Shown here: positions 41,890-54,964 of the stretch, in pieces
Position numbering within the stretch: the stretch's first letter is position 1
Layout: each line of letters starts with the position of its first letter
NCBI GenBank assembly: GCA_946965045.2
Contig: OX337228.1
Coordinates: forward strand, 6,076,001-6,140,000
DNA: 64,000 nucleotides
Direction: 5' to 3'
DNA from: Epithemia pelagica
Lineage: Eukaryota; Protista; Bacillariophyta
Translations under genes and position numbers: made by a program
The notes under the pieces: generated by a model
The model's input: only the letters and a program-made list of their open reading frames with translations
Database searches by the model: none
Told to the model about the DNA's origin: nothing

Positions 41890-42188
41890 TGCGATAGTGA
41901 CAATTGATCAAGTCTACGGGCTCTTCTCCTGAAAGCGACAAGTGCGTTCCGCCATTTTTTGGCATCCGCAAACTGATCCAACCATGGTTGGGATTTCGGT
42001 CCGTGACTAAAGGTAAGAAATGACTCGCTCCACTGGTTATGGGCCGCTGATTTCAGTCGCGTATAAAATGATGGAAAGATCTTCCATGATAAAACGAAAT
42101 AATGAGGCCATATAGAATGGGCCTTGTCCAACCATCAATCTAACGACAGAACCACTGTTTCCCAGCGCCGGAAAAGCAGCTCTCTGTG

Positions 42189-43168
42189 ATGTCGTTTGCT
42201 AGATATGCTGCTCGTGGAGGAGCAGTGGGTTTGGGGATTGGATTGTACGGTGCGTTCACTATCAATGGACAGAGCCAGAAGGATTTCCTCTTGGATTGCC
42301 ACTTGCCACTCATATACCACTTTGTTCAGGAATTACGACTTACTACTCCTATCATTTCTATAAGCGTAATAAACAATTGGATGAAAAGGCTTCCGAATCC
42401 GACAGTGCTCATTCCGCATCACTTGGGAATGATCATGGCAAAGCGGGAGGATGTTGTTGTGTAAGCTGCTACTTGCCAGAAGATCATCGCGCACAACAGT
42501 TCTCTCGCATCGCCAGTTGTTATGATTCAGCCATTGAAATGGATGAGTTCTACCTTGGCATCAACTTGCTGCGACGAATCTTGTTGAGGTGGCATGCTCA
42601 CGGCACTGTCTTGGAAGTGGGAGCAGGAACGGCGCGAAACATCTCCTACTACGATGCCTCTCAAGTTAAACGGGTCATTATGGTCGATGCATCTCAGACT
42701 ATGCTACAACAAGCACAAGAGAAAGTTACCGCCCTTCAAAAAAGCGCGTCAATGTATAGATCGTCAAAACTCCCCGTCTTTGCTCTGAAGCAAGGCAATT
42801 CAGCTTCCATGCCGTTTTGTCCAAGTGGATCATTTGATACAGTTGTCGATACTTTCGGACTTTGTAGCTATGATGATCCGGCGGCTGTTCTTCGCGAAAT
42901 GGTACGTGTATGCAATCCAAACGGAGGGAAAATATTGCTTCTGGAACATGGTCGATCCAAAACATGGAAGTGGATCAATGATCTGTTGGACAAGTACCAA
43001 GAAGATCATGCAAGGAAATGGGGCTGTATCTGGAACCGAGACTTGGACGAGTTGCTCGCCAACGTGAATGACGTTATGGACGTTGAGATTTTGAGCACCT
43101 ATCATTTTGGTACCACCTACTATGTCGTTTGTCAACCCCGAAAAACGACAGAAGCAACTCAGCCATAG
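42189..43168 (+). CDS. Class I SAM-dependent methyltransferase (OMS1/METTL7-like) with an N-terminal TM segment; exons 42189-42249 and 42330-43168
   Basis: VLEVGAGTARN, FDTVVDTFGLCSYDDP, ILLLEHGRS, HARKWGCIWNRD. Intron GTGCGT..TTCAG restores the frame. Confidence 0.85.
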
Positions 43169-43354
43169 AGAGCACGCGGACCGCCCGAGCATCGCTCTAA
43201 GAAAAATGACGTCTGTGCAATACAAAGAATGCACGAGCGATTTACCTATCAGTAGCAACTTTTATTTTTACAATGCTGCGGATATTAATTGCGGAACATG
43301 CCAATCTCTGGCATACCATAATAACAGGAGTACTTCGCTTCTCCAGTGGCCATG

Positions 43355-46107
43355 TCAAGGCATGTGAAACGGTCCAAGTTCCTGGCGGAAACGGAGTCGT
43401 TCTTGTTGTTGGGACCACTCCTGTTGCCGCTGCCGATATTGTTCTTGCCGTAGCTGTCGTAGACGTTCCGCTAGATCTACTGGTTGAACAATCACGGCCT
43501 TTTCTTGCCGATTGCGCAATACGCGAATAATCAAATCCTTCCCCACGGGAGCTTTGTCTATCAATCGTCGAGCATCATCTGATGAATGAACCTTTATCCC
43601 TCCAATCTCAAGGATAACATCGTGCATCCTGAGTCCACCAACTTCTGCTGGTGTCTCGGGAAAAACTTTGTGGACCATTGCACCGTGCACTTCTGGTATT
43701 TCGTGTGGTGGGTGTTGCTCAGTTTCCTTCTCAGCGTTTTCGTTCAACAGTGATTCAATTTGTTGTTGATGCCCACTGTTATGATTCATGTTGTTCTGCT
43801 GTTTCGCCCAGTCGGGTGTACATGTCGTCAGCGATATTCCCAAGTATCCATGATGGACTTCTTGCCCTCTTGCAAGATCGTACATGATTTCTCTCACTCG
43901 GTTGATTGGTATTGCGAATGACGTCCCTTCCATATGTGCACGAATTGCTGCATTCACACCAACCACCTGCCCTGTTTCCACATCAACAAGGGGTCCACCC
44001 GAATTTCCTGGATTGATAGCTGTGACGCGTAAATGAACAATAAGACAGACAAGGCCGAATATACCTTGTAACACATAGGTGACAGCTCGAAACCAGACTT
44101 ACCAGCGTCCGTTTGAATGTAATCAACCTTTTTGTGTGGAATCCCAACCACAGCAGAGGATCTTTCTAATCCTGAAACAATACCCATTGTGACCGTATTA
44201 TCCAATCCACCAGGGCTCCCTACAGCAATGACAAGCTTGCCCACCTCCAAATTGTCACTATCCCCGAGGTCTGCCACAGGCAAATCTTCAATCTTGTCCG
44301 AAATGGTTGGAGAATCACCCAAATCTGCATTACTATCCGAAAGCGACGATGAGGACGAAGCAGGTAGAATTTTCAAGACGGCTATGTCCGTAATTTCATC
44401 GGATCCACATACTCTCGCTGTGTAGACTCTACCATCCGTCAGGGTCACAGTGACCTTTGTGGCATCTTCTACGACATGTGCATTTGTCAGCACAAGGCCA
44501 TCGGATGAGATGATCAAACCAGACCCTTGGCCTTGCTGGATGACGGGTGGCGGTTCGGCAGCCATGGATGGACCACCGGGATGGGATTGAATGCTGGGTG
44601 GGAACGGCGACATCAGCGATGATCCAGACACGTGCGACTCTGTATCAATTCGAGTCACTGAGGGTCCCACTTTCTCAACAGCTTCAGTAACAAAGCCTAA
44701 TGCCATTTGTCGCCTTTCTTGCAGAGGCATTGAAGCCGAGGATGATGGCTGGCGTGAGTATCCTGAGTTCGGAGCTTCTAAGATGATTGGTGATCCTCTG
44801 GCCTTGGTTTCCTCCCGCATTCCTCTCGATTCATCGCTTGGTTGTTGTTTCTCCGCCAGATTCTCACCTGAAGAAAGGGATGGTGAATTTTTGTCAGTGG
44901 TAATGGGTATCGAGTCGGCTGTAGAAGAGGACGTCATGGGGTTCTGTTGTGAGGGAACAATGCGTTCAACATATCGATCGGGTCGATGATGATACTGGTA
45001 AGATGAAGACAGAGACGAGGAGGGCAACATGAACTGGTCTAAACTCAACGTTTGTGCACTGACAATCAGAGCGATACACAGTGCACAGAGACTGCGTAAA
45101 ATGCGACCTGTTGCAAAAGAAAGCCCAAGTCGATGCCATACTCTTGACCAGAAACGTCGTTTTTGCTGTGGTGGACGCTCACTGGGGACATTGACAGCTG
45201 CTACAGCGGTGTCTTCAGACGATGATGATACCAGATCTTTCTCTGAGGTTTCATTATCAGTTGGCTGTGGCTTTTTCTGCTTGTTCGATTTCTCACTGTC
45301 GGAACTTGTGGCTCTCTCCGTTGTCTCTTGGTTTTCCAGTTTCGTTTCATTGGTATGTATGACCTGTAAAGCTTCAGAATCATCTGGATCCACCGAAGAT
45401 GGTCTACTTTGATCTTGGCTCTCCTCGTCATTATCCTGATCATGTTGATCGTCCTGATTGGGAGAATTTGCCAACCCTAGCGCACCTCTTGAACTTGGTC
45501 GCCGTTGCTGATGAAACAAAGGCGAAACCAACGCAGCAACTGGGTATTGTGTCGAAATATTCGTGGAAGAGGACAAAGAATGAAGTGATGTATTGTCGGA
45601 ATGGATCCTGCCCGCCGAAGACGACGACTGATCCTCCTGTTGTTGGCAAAAAAGGAAGCCATTGGGGCCTCCGACACGGCGTATGTTGTGTTTTCGAGGG
45701 GAAAAGGCCAGTAGTCCTAGAGTTCTTGTTTTGTGGTAAGGCAAACGTCCATCGAATGAAATAACCTGGAAAGAAGACACATATAACCCACCAATGGAGT
45801 GCTCTCTCTCAGGAAATGACGAGAACACCATGGTGATGGTCAGAGCCAAAACCAGCGTCCAAGACGTCCATCGATCTTGCGAAAACCGCCCCGTCGGACT
45901 ACAACAGCCAAAAGTCTTCTTCGTGTGTTTCCGAGATTCAATCATCTTCTTTCTATGAACAATGTGGCCAGATATAATGCTCTGATTGATGAACGAAAGA
46001 CTATCTTGGACATGATGTCCTGTTGTCATCGTCATGGAGATATGAGAGTGCGGATTCTTTGTCGGAGTGCATCTAATCGCACATAGATCGCGTTGGTGTT
46101 CGTTCAT
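43355..46107 (-). CDS. HtrA/DegP serine protease with PDZ domain (HhoA/Deg-like); intron 44102-44020; start uncertain
   Basis: GSGLIISSDGLVLTNAHVV, DIAVLKI, IQTDA|AINPGNSGGPL, and PDZ motif GYLGISL...GGLRMHDVILEIGG. Confidence 0.92.
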
Positions 46108-47952
46108 ATGTCTACCCTGCCTACCTTTTTTTTTCCTGCCTTGGAGTATCTTACTATTAGGAGTAGAACAATAGACTCTACCTCCGTAGCTAGCACTCTA
46201 ACCCATGGATGGAGCCTCTCAACACCCAACGAATCAATGTTTCACCATGTCTGCTGAAAGGATGATTGGCATCCCTGGAGCAAGTGTTCTGCCATCTGCC
46301 ATGGCAACAAGGTAGCGACGAGAGACGCTTACCGAAACGAATTGCACCGCCAAGAGACACAAGCAACGCTGTTTACGAGAATCTGTCAAAGAGACAAGAG
46401 ACATCTACGAAAATGAACGAAACTGTACCCTTGGATTGAAATAATGACCATGAACAAAGACTAATGGAACGACAACAAAAGCTGCTGAACTATCATCCTT
46501 TGCTTCAACAAAAGCACGAACTCAATGACTTCTATTCCACGACTTGGTGATTGTGTCCAGAGTCCAGAAGCTTTGTGGTTGGCGGTTGGCGGTTGGCGCT
46601 GTGTTTGTGACCGTATTCGCCGGGGCTGCTGGAAGGTGGTTACCGTTTACCATTACCAATTCCCAGGTCTCAAGTCTTCGAAGTCGATCGTCGCAATTCG
46701 GTCACTTCGGCTCTCTATCTCTGCAGCTGGCCATTCGTCTCCGAGGACAAACACAAGATGAGAAGAGTGTCGAATCTATATGTATTGAAGAATCTTCCCG
46801 AATCGTGGACAGGCAAAATTCCTAGATTGACGTCATGGTCTCTCGATCAAAGGCTTTCGGACGATTTATGTCCACGGCTATCAACGTGGGATTCGACCAC
46901 GTTCCTCGAGACTTCTACAAAGAATGATCCTGGACATTGATTGGAACTTTTTTCAAAGCCTTCGGTTTCTGGTCGCGTAGACACGTCATAAATTGTCTCC
47001 ACACGTAACCTTAAATAGGACTTAACCCACTTTGGAAATGAATGGACTGACACGAGCTGACATACTTGACCTTTCGGAGATGAGCGATTTGATTGGTCGA
47101 GAGAAACGTCAGTCTCGAAAACGCAAAGGAGCTGTGCTGGCTTGGTGTGGTCCGCGGCTACAGAAAATTGTTGGCTTTTTCGCGTTGTGGAATGCCTCAT
47201 AACCATCACATCACACGGTTCGGTATTTAGAAAGGCCTCAAAAAGAGATTCAGAGCAACGGGGGAAGGATTGGTTGGTATAGGTTATCGAATCCTATGAA
47301 TACACTTCTAATCCATCACATCATCCGCACTTCACCATAACCATCATCTCCACCACAATCACCACCAGCACAGCATCACAACAATTCCACCCACTCTCCG
47401 CTCCCTCCTCCGCTTCAAAGTAAGGAACACTTTTTCGTCGCCCGGTGATTTTTGTGGCATGTGCGTAGAACAGTACTAGGATTGTACGGAGCCATCAACC
47501 GAAAGATCCAAATGGATTCCTTCATCATGAAATGGATCAAAACCCTCTTGCGCTCAAAACAAAATCAACCTATTGTCATGAATATGTGGACGGGCTTATG
47601 CGTCTGGACTCCACTGTTATAGAGTTCTGAGTGAGATAGATAAGAATCTTGTGCAATTGCACAAAACTGTGATGGGGATCTTAGACGATGCGAACTTTAT
47701 GAGCCCTGCAACCATGGTCACGCCTTCTCTTGATGTTTCTCAACAAAATTTCTTCTTTTTACATCTCTCTATTTACAGATCCAACGACCACGACAAACAA
47801 AATCATCAAACCAAGAGCCACTGCACAAACACATACTCATTAGCACAAAACAACACTCTCTCCACCCATTCTTTCTAGCGAGGTTTACGAAAACTTCAGA
47901 AAATCACTTGTGAACATTATATCCACCACTCATCAGACCGAAAGTTAGAATC

Positions 47953-50037
47953 ATGTCTACTACCGAATGGCCTGCAGAAGAAGCACAACCTGTTTCGTTG
48001 CCTAGTATGGTATCATCATCAGATCTCTTTGACGGCGAACTGTTTGGGGACGAACTCATTGACATTTACAACAGCTCTGTAGAAGATGGCGCCGACATTC
48101 AAGGTGAGTGTACGCGCTAGATTGCGCTTCAGTTTTGGAGGTGCGAAATCTCATTGGTATGTTGTTCTACAGGCATTGCCACCCTCGAACCACCCACCGC
48201 CAAGACAAGCGATGTGACTTTGAATCACCCAGGAGCTCTCATCCAAGATCACCCCGATGCGGGCGCTGAGATCGCAGCTACTGTCGCCGCTCTTGATGAT
48301 GGCCTTGGTGCATTCCGTCCCTCGACCTCTTTTAACGACTTGACGAACTTGATTCAAAACCAAGGGGAAGTTGAATCGTCTGCTGTTGCCCCGTCGGAGG
48401 TTCCGGACAAACAAGATGAAGCCCCAGCCGCGAAAGCTACCAAGAAACGACCGGCCCCTCCTTCCAGTGCATGTCCACCACCGAAACAAAAATGCACTCA
48501 GCGCGCGAGACGCCAAACATCCACCAAGAAGCAAAGTACAATGCCGCAGACCAAGAAAACTGGTGTTGTTCCAGTTGAAAACAACACCACAGTTCCTGGT
48601 ACCACTGCGCCAGTTGTCGTCACCCCATCAGGTACAGCTGGGGAGGAAGCAGCAGCAACGGCTGCCGCAGCTGCGGTTGCGGCTTCTCTCCCTTCTCTGC
48701 CGGAAATTAGCGACCCAGCTGTTGTAAGCTCTGCTCCACTTCCCGAAGCCGAATCAAAACCAGAGACAAACAAGCAACCCGATGCCTCGGCATCTGGATC
48801 ATCCACAGGTCCATCAGATTCTCAGTTCAAGTCGATTGCTCAACAAGCTGTTTCAAACTTGATCATGAATGCTGCTGGATCTGGACAAGGAACCTCAAAT
48901 GCCAAATCTACCAGCACCATTCCAAAAGACGATTCCTCTGATGACGAAAGCAAGTCCAAGGTTGACACGAGTACTGCACACATCAAGGCGTTGACTGGTA
49001 ATAACTGGGTAGCTGCTTGCACTGGAAGTGCCCCAAGTGCGCCGTCAGCCCCACAACCTCCGGTTGACACGAAGAGCAACAACAATAACAATAACCGTGT
49101 GCGCCGTCAGAACCTCACTCCCGATGAACGCGCCCGACAAAACCGAGATCGCAATCGTGAGCACGCTCGCAACACGCGACTCCGGAAAAAGGCGTACGTA
49201 GAAGAACTCAAGCGCACCCTCACAGAACTCGTTGCCCAGAGGGACGCTGTGGATCTTGAGAAACGACAAGCTGCCCAGCGCGAGGTTGAACAGCGTGAAG
49301 TCCGATTCCGTGTTATGGAGGAGTTCATCAAGCTTCGTGGCCGAAACGAACCAAACTTTGCTCGATGGGCTGCGATTCTCGAAGATGGGTTCACCTTGAC
49401 TGTTCCGGTTTCTTCTTTTTGCAAGAAGGTAGTTGGTGGCGAGCTTTATGAGTTTGAACAGAAGTTGAACTCTGTTGAGACTGTCATGGCCGAATCAACC
49501 TCTTTTTCGGAATTTTTGCAAACACTGGGGGTTGATGGCTCAGGAGCTGTCACCATGAACGTAGTTTGTGATCGTCAAAATTTTTTCATGGACGGGTGTA
49601 ACGCAATGCTTGAGTGGTCAGCGGTATCTGCTGGAGGGAAATCTCAAGTGCGGATGAAAGGCCTCGTGAGAGGATCTTTCAGTCCTGCGTCCAACAAGCT
49701 CGTTTCTGCATCGATTTCGTACGATTGTGGAGCCATCGCGGCCCAAGTCCAGCACAAAGGCTCATCTTCTTCAGGTGAGGAGATTGATGTCGCTGCCGCT
49801 CAAGCAGACGCAATCTTGGACTCTCTGAAGATTGATGATGTACATTTGAACGTTGTCGTTCCATCGGATGTCTCGGTTGTGATTCCTTCGAACTCATCTG
49901 CGTCTGTCATCACCGAGAAAGGTGCCGAGTCATCTGACGAATACTCCACGGATCATCATGGCGAGACAGGTTCAAAGATGTGCTCTTCGGGTGATACCTT
50001 GGGAATGACCACTCGTCGTGTCCATCGCCGTGACTAA
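47953..50037 (+). CDS. bZIP transcription factor with a C-terminal domain typical of diatom bZIPs; exons 47953-48103 and 48173-50037
   Basis: Basic region ERARQNRDRNREHARNTRLRKKAYVEELKRTLTEL. Intron GTGAGT..CTACAG. Confidence 0.88.
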
Positions 50038-50340
50038 GATATTCATGACTGCATGGTGCTTTACATATGTATGCTTCACCACACGCATCTCTATATGAAA
50101 GCTCTTTTCATTTTTAGCAACAAGATGCATAGCCACACCACTTCACTGGTTTTCATATTGCTCAGTTGCCACTCTTGGTCTTTGAAAGGGAAAAAGACCA
50201 TATAACCACATTTTATGCTACAATAACCACTTGTTTCCTATAAAAAGTGATCGACTAGTACATCGAATGAGTTCTCGTTTTACAATGGAAATTATTGAAC
50301 ACTATACTGTCCAAAACCAAATGAGTTGAGACTCATGTCA

Positions 50341-50724
50341 TTATGCATGGAAGCGTTGAAAATCAGGGATATCGTCTTTCTTCTTTGGTCGTGCAATTCG
50401 TCTACGACCCGTACTTTTTGCTCCGTCGTCGTCCTCTTCGTCAGATGAATCTGTACTGCTCTCGTCAAATGCGCGTTGTTTATGGAAGATGCAGCAGCGT
50501 TTGCTGGATTTCCTTCCCATGCCTTCGTTATCGACAACACTTTCGTCCCATCTTACACCCGGATGATTTCGAAGAGTTAATCTCAAAACTTGATCTGAAC
50601 CAGCATCCGTCGGCTGTGCATTTGTCATGGTCATTGTGGCCGAGGGAGTTTCGGTAGCAGCACCGCTGCCTCTTGCCGCAACGGCCTGTCCAGCCCTGCT
50701 ACTTGTCTCATTATTTGTAGTCAT
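50341..50724 (-). CDS. PPP1R11: Protein phosphatase 1 inhibitor 3 (Ypi1/PPP1R11)
   Basis: LRLTL...[39 protein letters not shown]. Confidence 0.92.
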   Translation of the reverse strand: MTTNNETSSRAGQAVAARGSGAATETPSATMTMTNAQPTDAGSDQVLRLTLRNHPGVRWDESVVDNEGMGRKSSKRCCIFHKQRAFDESSTDSSDEEDDDGAKSTGRRRIARPKKKDDIPDFQRFHA

Positions 50725-51673
50725 TTTCGTTCAAGATTATTTCTGTCCTAGTGATCAGACCCGCAAGGTAACAAACCAACAACAACGATTGCCAAAGGTT
50801 CTATTCGTATTTCAAATAATGTTTTCCACCATGGTTTCCTCTTGGGAATGAATTGGTTAGCGAAGTTCTTGTTGCCATCACTCCTTAGATGACTGAATTC
50901 ATATGGTCATATAAATATTGTTTTGAGATTCTTTGTGAAGCGAGGGAGAGTATAACGCCAAGCGGTGAGTCCGAGTCACGCGTGATTCTGAATGCACGAT
51001 GTGCTTTCATAAGCGAGACTGCGGCGCGCCGCGGGTATTATCGACCTTGTTTGTATTGAAGTGGGTGCTGGGTTGTACGCCAGGCGCTCATAAGCCTGCA
51101 CGTCCCAGGTCCCAGATCGCAGCTTCAAGGCACCCAAGCTGAACTCACGAAAGTTCGAAACGAGGTGGCAAAACGAATCGCCGTCAGCGACTTTTGTTAG
51201 AAGCAATTGGAGAATTCGAAAACGGAACGACCAAAGAATCCCATGCCGATTAAGGGCTCCTACGACCACCGCCAAGCTTACACTGTTGCTATGTCCGTTA
51301 TGACGCTGGGGAGAAGGATGATGGTCATGGTAGGAAGCTTGGTGTTACCTTGGCAACTTTTGTAAGCAGTATCCTCCTAACACAGAGTAAATTATAATCC
51401 TCGCATTTCATTTGATACTAGAATCTAGAACAAGAATAGACTGAGTTCTCAACGATCGATAGTCTGGAGTACTGTTTGGTTGAACAACGGGGGCGATGAC
51501 CACTGTGATGAATGTCTACTCCATAGCTCTAGCCTTGGACACAATAGGCTCTTTTCTACGTTTGAGCCCATATCATAGTCAATTTCCTACTCCTACTGTA
51601 GTATTAGTAGGTAATAGCTTTGACAACCTGTAACCTGTAAATGTAATACAAATGAGCAGGGGTTCTTCAAAGC

Positions 51674-53077
51674 TTATTTGTCTGCATTCACAATTGTTTT
51701 GGGGAGCGAAAACTGTTCAAATCCTTGTCGACCGGAATGGTATCCAAAGCCCGATTCTTTGTGTCCTACCCAGGGGCAGGCCACATCCAAATGATTGAGC
51801 GCATAACAATTCACACCCACTTGACCCGCATCAATGCGACTGGCAACCCGTTCCCCCAAGGCGGCATCAGTAGTGTATACAGCACCACACAGGCCGTAGG
51901 GAGAATCGTCATTGGCCAATCGAACAGCGTCTTCCTCGGAACCGGAAAAGGATGTCAAGGCTACCACAGGGCCAAAGGTTTCTTCTTCGTACAGTCGCAT
52001 GCCCTTTTGAACGTCGCACATTACAGTTACTGGGAAGAATGACGATCCATCCGGTGCGTCGGTGGGAATAGGACTTTGGTACAAAATCTTGGCACCCTTG
52101 TCCACGGCATCTTTGACATGTGCCTCGACATGGTTTCGTTGCGTTTCCGAAACAAGAGGTCCCACGTTGTTGGCTGTATCCAATCCGTTTCCAACCTTGT
52201 ACTCGGGTGCATACTTGTTGACAATCGTTTGGCAAAAGTCGTCATAGACGGACTCGGCCACATAGACACGTTCGACGGAGCAACAGACTTGACCCGTGTT
52301 GCTGACCGAATAGGCAACGGCATCGTGAGCCGCCTTGTCCAAATCGGCACTCTCAAAGACAATCATGGGATCTTTGCCGCCCATTTCCAAAATGCATCGC
52401 TTCAATTTCGAAGCGGCCGATGACAGAATTTTCTTGCCCGTCGCACTGCTTCCCGTCATGGCCACCATATGGACGGCCTCGTGTTGGACGAGTTGCGCAC
52501 CGACAACACCATCTCCTTGGGCCAATTGCAAGATGTGAGGCGAGGGCATGGCCTTGGCGAGGGCCACGACAGTACGAGCACCGGATTCGGGTGCGACTTC
52601 CGAAGGCTTGACAATCACCACATTTCCAGATGCCAGCGCTGGTAGGGCCAATAGAATAATTTCTCCCACGGGAAAGTTCCAGGGACTCATGATCACAACG
52701 ACCCCCAGTGCTTGACGAATGACAGTGCAGGATTTGTGTTGAATGGGTTGCAGTGAGTTGCGTAGAATTTCAAAGTATTCATCCTTGTCGACCGCCGCGG
52801 CCAATTCGCCTTGGGCTTCCATCAACGGCTTGCCCATTTCTTGTACCATAAGTGTAGCCAGTTCCGGAGAAATGCGTTCCAGCTCTTGCAAGCCTTGTTT
52901 CAAGATGGCAATGCGTTCCTCGACAGATGTGGCAGTGCTCCAGGACGGCAAGGCCGTCTTGGCATTCTGCACCAGTTCATCCACATTTGTTGTAACAGCA
53001 ACCTTGGACACCAATTCTCCCGTGGCTGGATTCCTGTTGAGAATGAATCCGTCTTGAATGACAATTCCTTGCACCAT
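51674..53077 (-). CDS. NAD(P)-dependent aldehyde dehydrogenase (SSADH-like)
   Basis: SPWNFP, VKPSE, MTGSSATGK, LEMGGKDP, NTGQVCCSVERVYV, EETFGPV, YGL. Confidence 0.92.
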   Translation of the reverse strand: MVQGIVIQDGFILNRNPATGELVSKVAVTTNVDELVQNAKTALPSWSTATSVEERIAILKQGLQELERISPELATLMVQEMGKPLMEAQGELAAAVDKDEYFEILRNSLQPIQHKSCTVIRQALGVVVIMSPWNFPVGEIILLALPALASGNVVIVKPSEVAPESGARTVVALAKAMPSPHILQLAQGDGVVGAQLVQHEAVHMVAMTGSSATGKKILSSAASKLKRCILEMGGKDPMIVFESADLDKAAHDAVAYSVSNTGQVCCSVERVYVAESVYDDFCQTIVNKYAPEYKVGNGLDTANNVGPLVSETQRNHVEAHVKDAVDKGAKILYQSPIPTDAPDGSSFFPVTVMCDVQKGMRLYEEETFGPVVALTSFSGSEEDAVRLANDDSPYGLCGAVYTTDAALGERVASRIDAGQVGVNCYALNHLDVACPWVGHKESGFGYHSGRQGFEQFSLPKTIVNADK

Positions 53078-53498
53078 GATGTTCGAGATTTTATAATAGA
53101 ACGAACAAAGACTCAAGTCCAAAGGATGGAGCGTCGACCAAACAGGTTGGAATGAAGAAGATCTTGAGCGAGAAAAGATTTATGAAGGATACGTGTCTTG
53201 AAAAGATGTCGCACCAAGACCAAGCCGCAATCACTGACCACAGAAAAGATTTGAATTTTGAATCGACCATGAGCATTAGATGCGGAACATCCACGGACGA
53301 CGGTCGGTCGGTACAAAAGTCAAACGGAAGCAAAAAATGGCTTGTCTGGTCGTTCATGATTCATGACGTCAGATGGGCTTTGTTGGTGCGATCTGCGATC
53401 TGCCACCATCCACCATAGGTGGTTCGTTCTCCATCTCAAAAACCATCAAAGTTCTTTTGTCTAGAGACGTTCATAGATTGGTGAAAACGCACAGCATT

Positions 53499-54611
53499 AT
53501 GGAGCAAGGAAAGCAACCACTCGTGGGCGTATTGGCTCTTCAAGGAGCTTTTGAAGAGCATCAGCAATGTTTGGAATCGATTGGATGCCGAACAGTACAG
53601 GTGCGTGATTCTACCTAGGTTCGCTCCAATCCAATCCTGTTTTGTTGCTGCCGTCGCAACGAGTGTGGAATGGAACCGGTGACGAGACAACGCAGTGAAA
53701 ACTCACTGTAGTTCGATCCTCTTTTCCAATAACAGGTTCGAACGCCGAGCGATTTGACAAGTTTGGATGGACTGGTGTTGCCGGGAGGTGAATCCACAGC
53801 CATGGGCCTGATTGGGACGCACACAACCAATGGTGGTAGCAGCAACAACAACAACAAAACCATGTGGCAATGTTTGCAAGAATTTTCCAAAACAAAACCA
53901 ACTTGGGGAACGTGTGCGGGCATGATCTTGTTGGCCGAAAAGTGCATTGGAACATCAGCTGTTATTCAAGATGGACAAGCCTTGATTGGAGGCATGGATA
54001 TTACCGTATGTCGAAATTACTTTGGTTCGCAAGTATCCAGTTTTGAAATGAGTATTCCTCCGCCACCGACATTGTCCTCCAAACAACCACCACAACAACC
54101 AGCAGCTGACGACTCTACTACTACTAGTGCACCAAAACCCTTTCCTGGTGTCTTTATTCGAGCACCGGCCATTTTGTCTGTCGGTCCCGAAGTGGACATT
54201 TTGGGAACAGTCGTGGCCACACCTTGTCACCAAGCGGCTGTGGTATTGCAAGAATTGGACAAGCGAATTCAAGCGGGCGAAAATGTCGTTCAAATGGGTG
54301 TCGTGGACTCGTTGGAACGAGACCAGGAACGAGGTAGCATACAGTACAAACAAGTGGTGGTAGTATCCAGCACAGACGAGGACAAGGAATCCAACACAAA
54401 CTCATCCTCCAACAACAACAACAACAGCGTCATTCGGTTACCGGGAGCGGCCAATGGAACAAATGCTCGAAAAGTTATTTGTGCTGTGAAACGTGACAAT
54501 TTGCTTTGCACCGCCTTTCATCCGGAGCTGACCAATGACTTGCGCTGGCATGAGTACTTTGTGTCCGAAATGGTCAAAACGCAACTCGGTTCCGAAGTAC
54601 AAGAACAGTAG
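53499..54611 (+). CDS. PDX2: Pyridoxal 5'-phosphate synthase glutaminase subunit; exons 53499-53600 and 53736-54611
   Basis: GVLALQGAFEEH, DGLVLPGGESTAM, WGTCAGMILLA, RNYFGSQVSSF, VFIRAPAI, TAFHPELT. Confidence 0.93.
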
Positions 54612-54964
54612 AACCTACCTAGTAAAGATTGAAGCATCATATTGATGGATACTGTAACTTGAACAGATGATTTCAATCATGCTACCCACAGAAGGTGTAG
54701 AACAAGGGAATAGTATTTTCCAGTGCTTTCGAAAGTCTGGCAGTAGATGGGAGCATCTTCAGGGAGACATGATCACTGGCAAGCTTCCGAAGGTGACTGA
54801 GAAGTGTTTTTGCACTTTGCACATGCGTTCGGATCAACAAAAGATGGGAGTATTGTCCTATACAAGAAGATAAATAATGTCGTTGTCAAAGGATGCTAGT
54901 TAGTTCCAAACTACAAAAGATCGTTAACGCGAGTCTTTACGAATGCAATCGGCGACTGTCAAAT

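Noticed and set aside
46400-47210. Broken ORFs, including QNS-TAG-IDVMVSRSKAFGRFMSTAINVGFDHVPRDFYKE
   Set aside because: I found no consistent splice model or recognisable family. It may be a degenerate gene or non-coding DNA, and I cannot support a call.
50940-51400. GC-rich intergenic stretch considered as an ncRNA (SRP, snRNA or tRNA) or a UGA-containing small gene
   Set aside because: It lacks diagnostic RNA motifs, a coherent ORF or exon model, and a SECIS fold.
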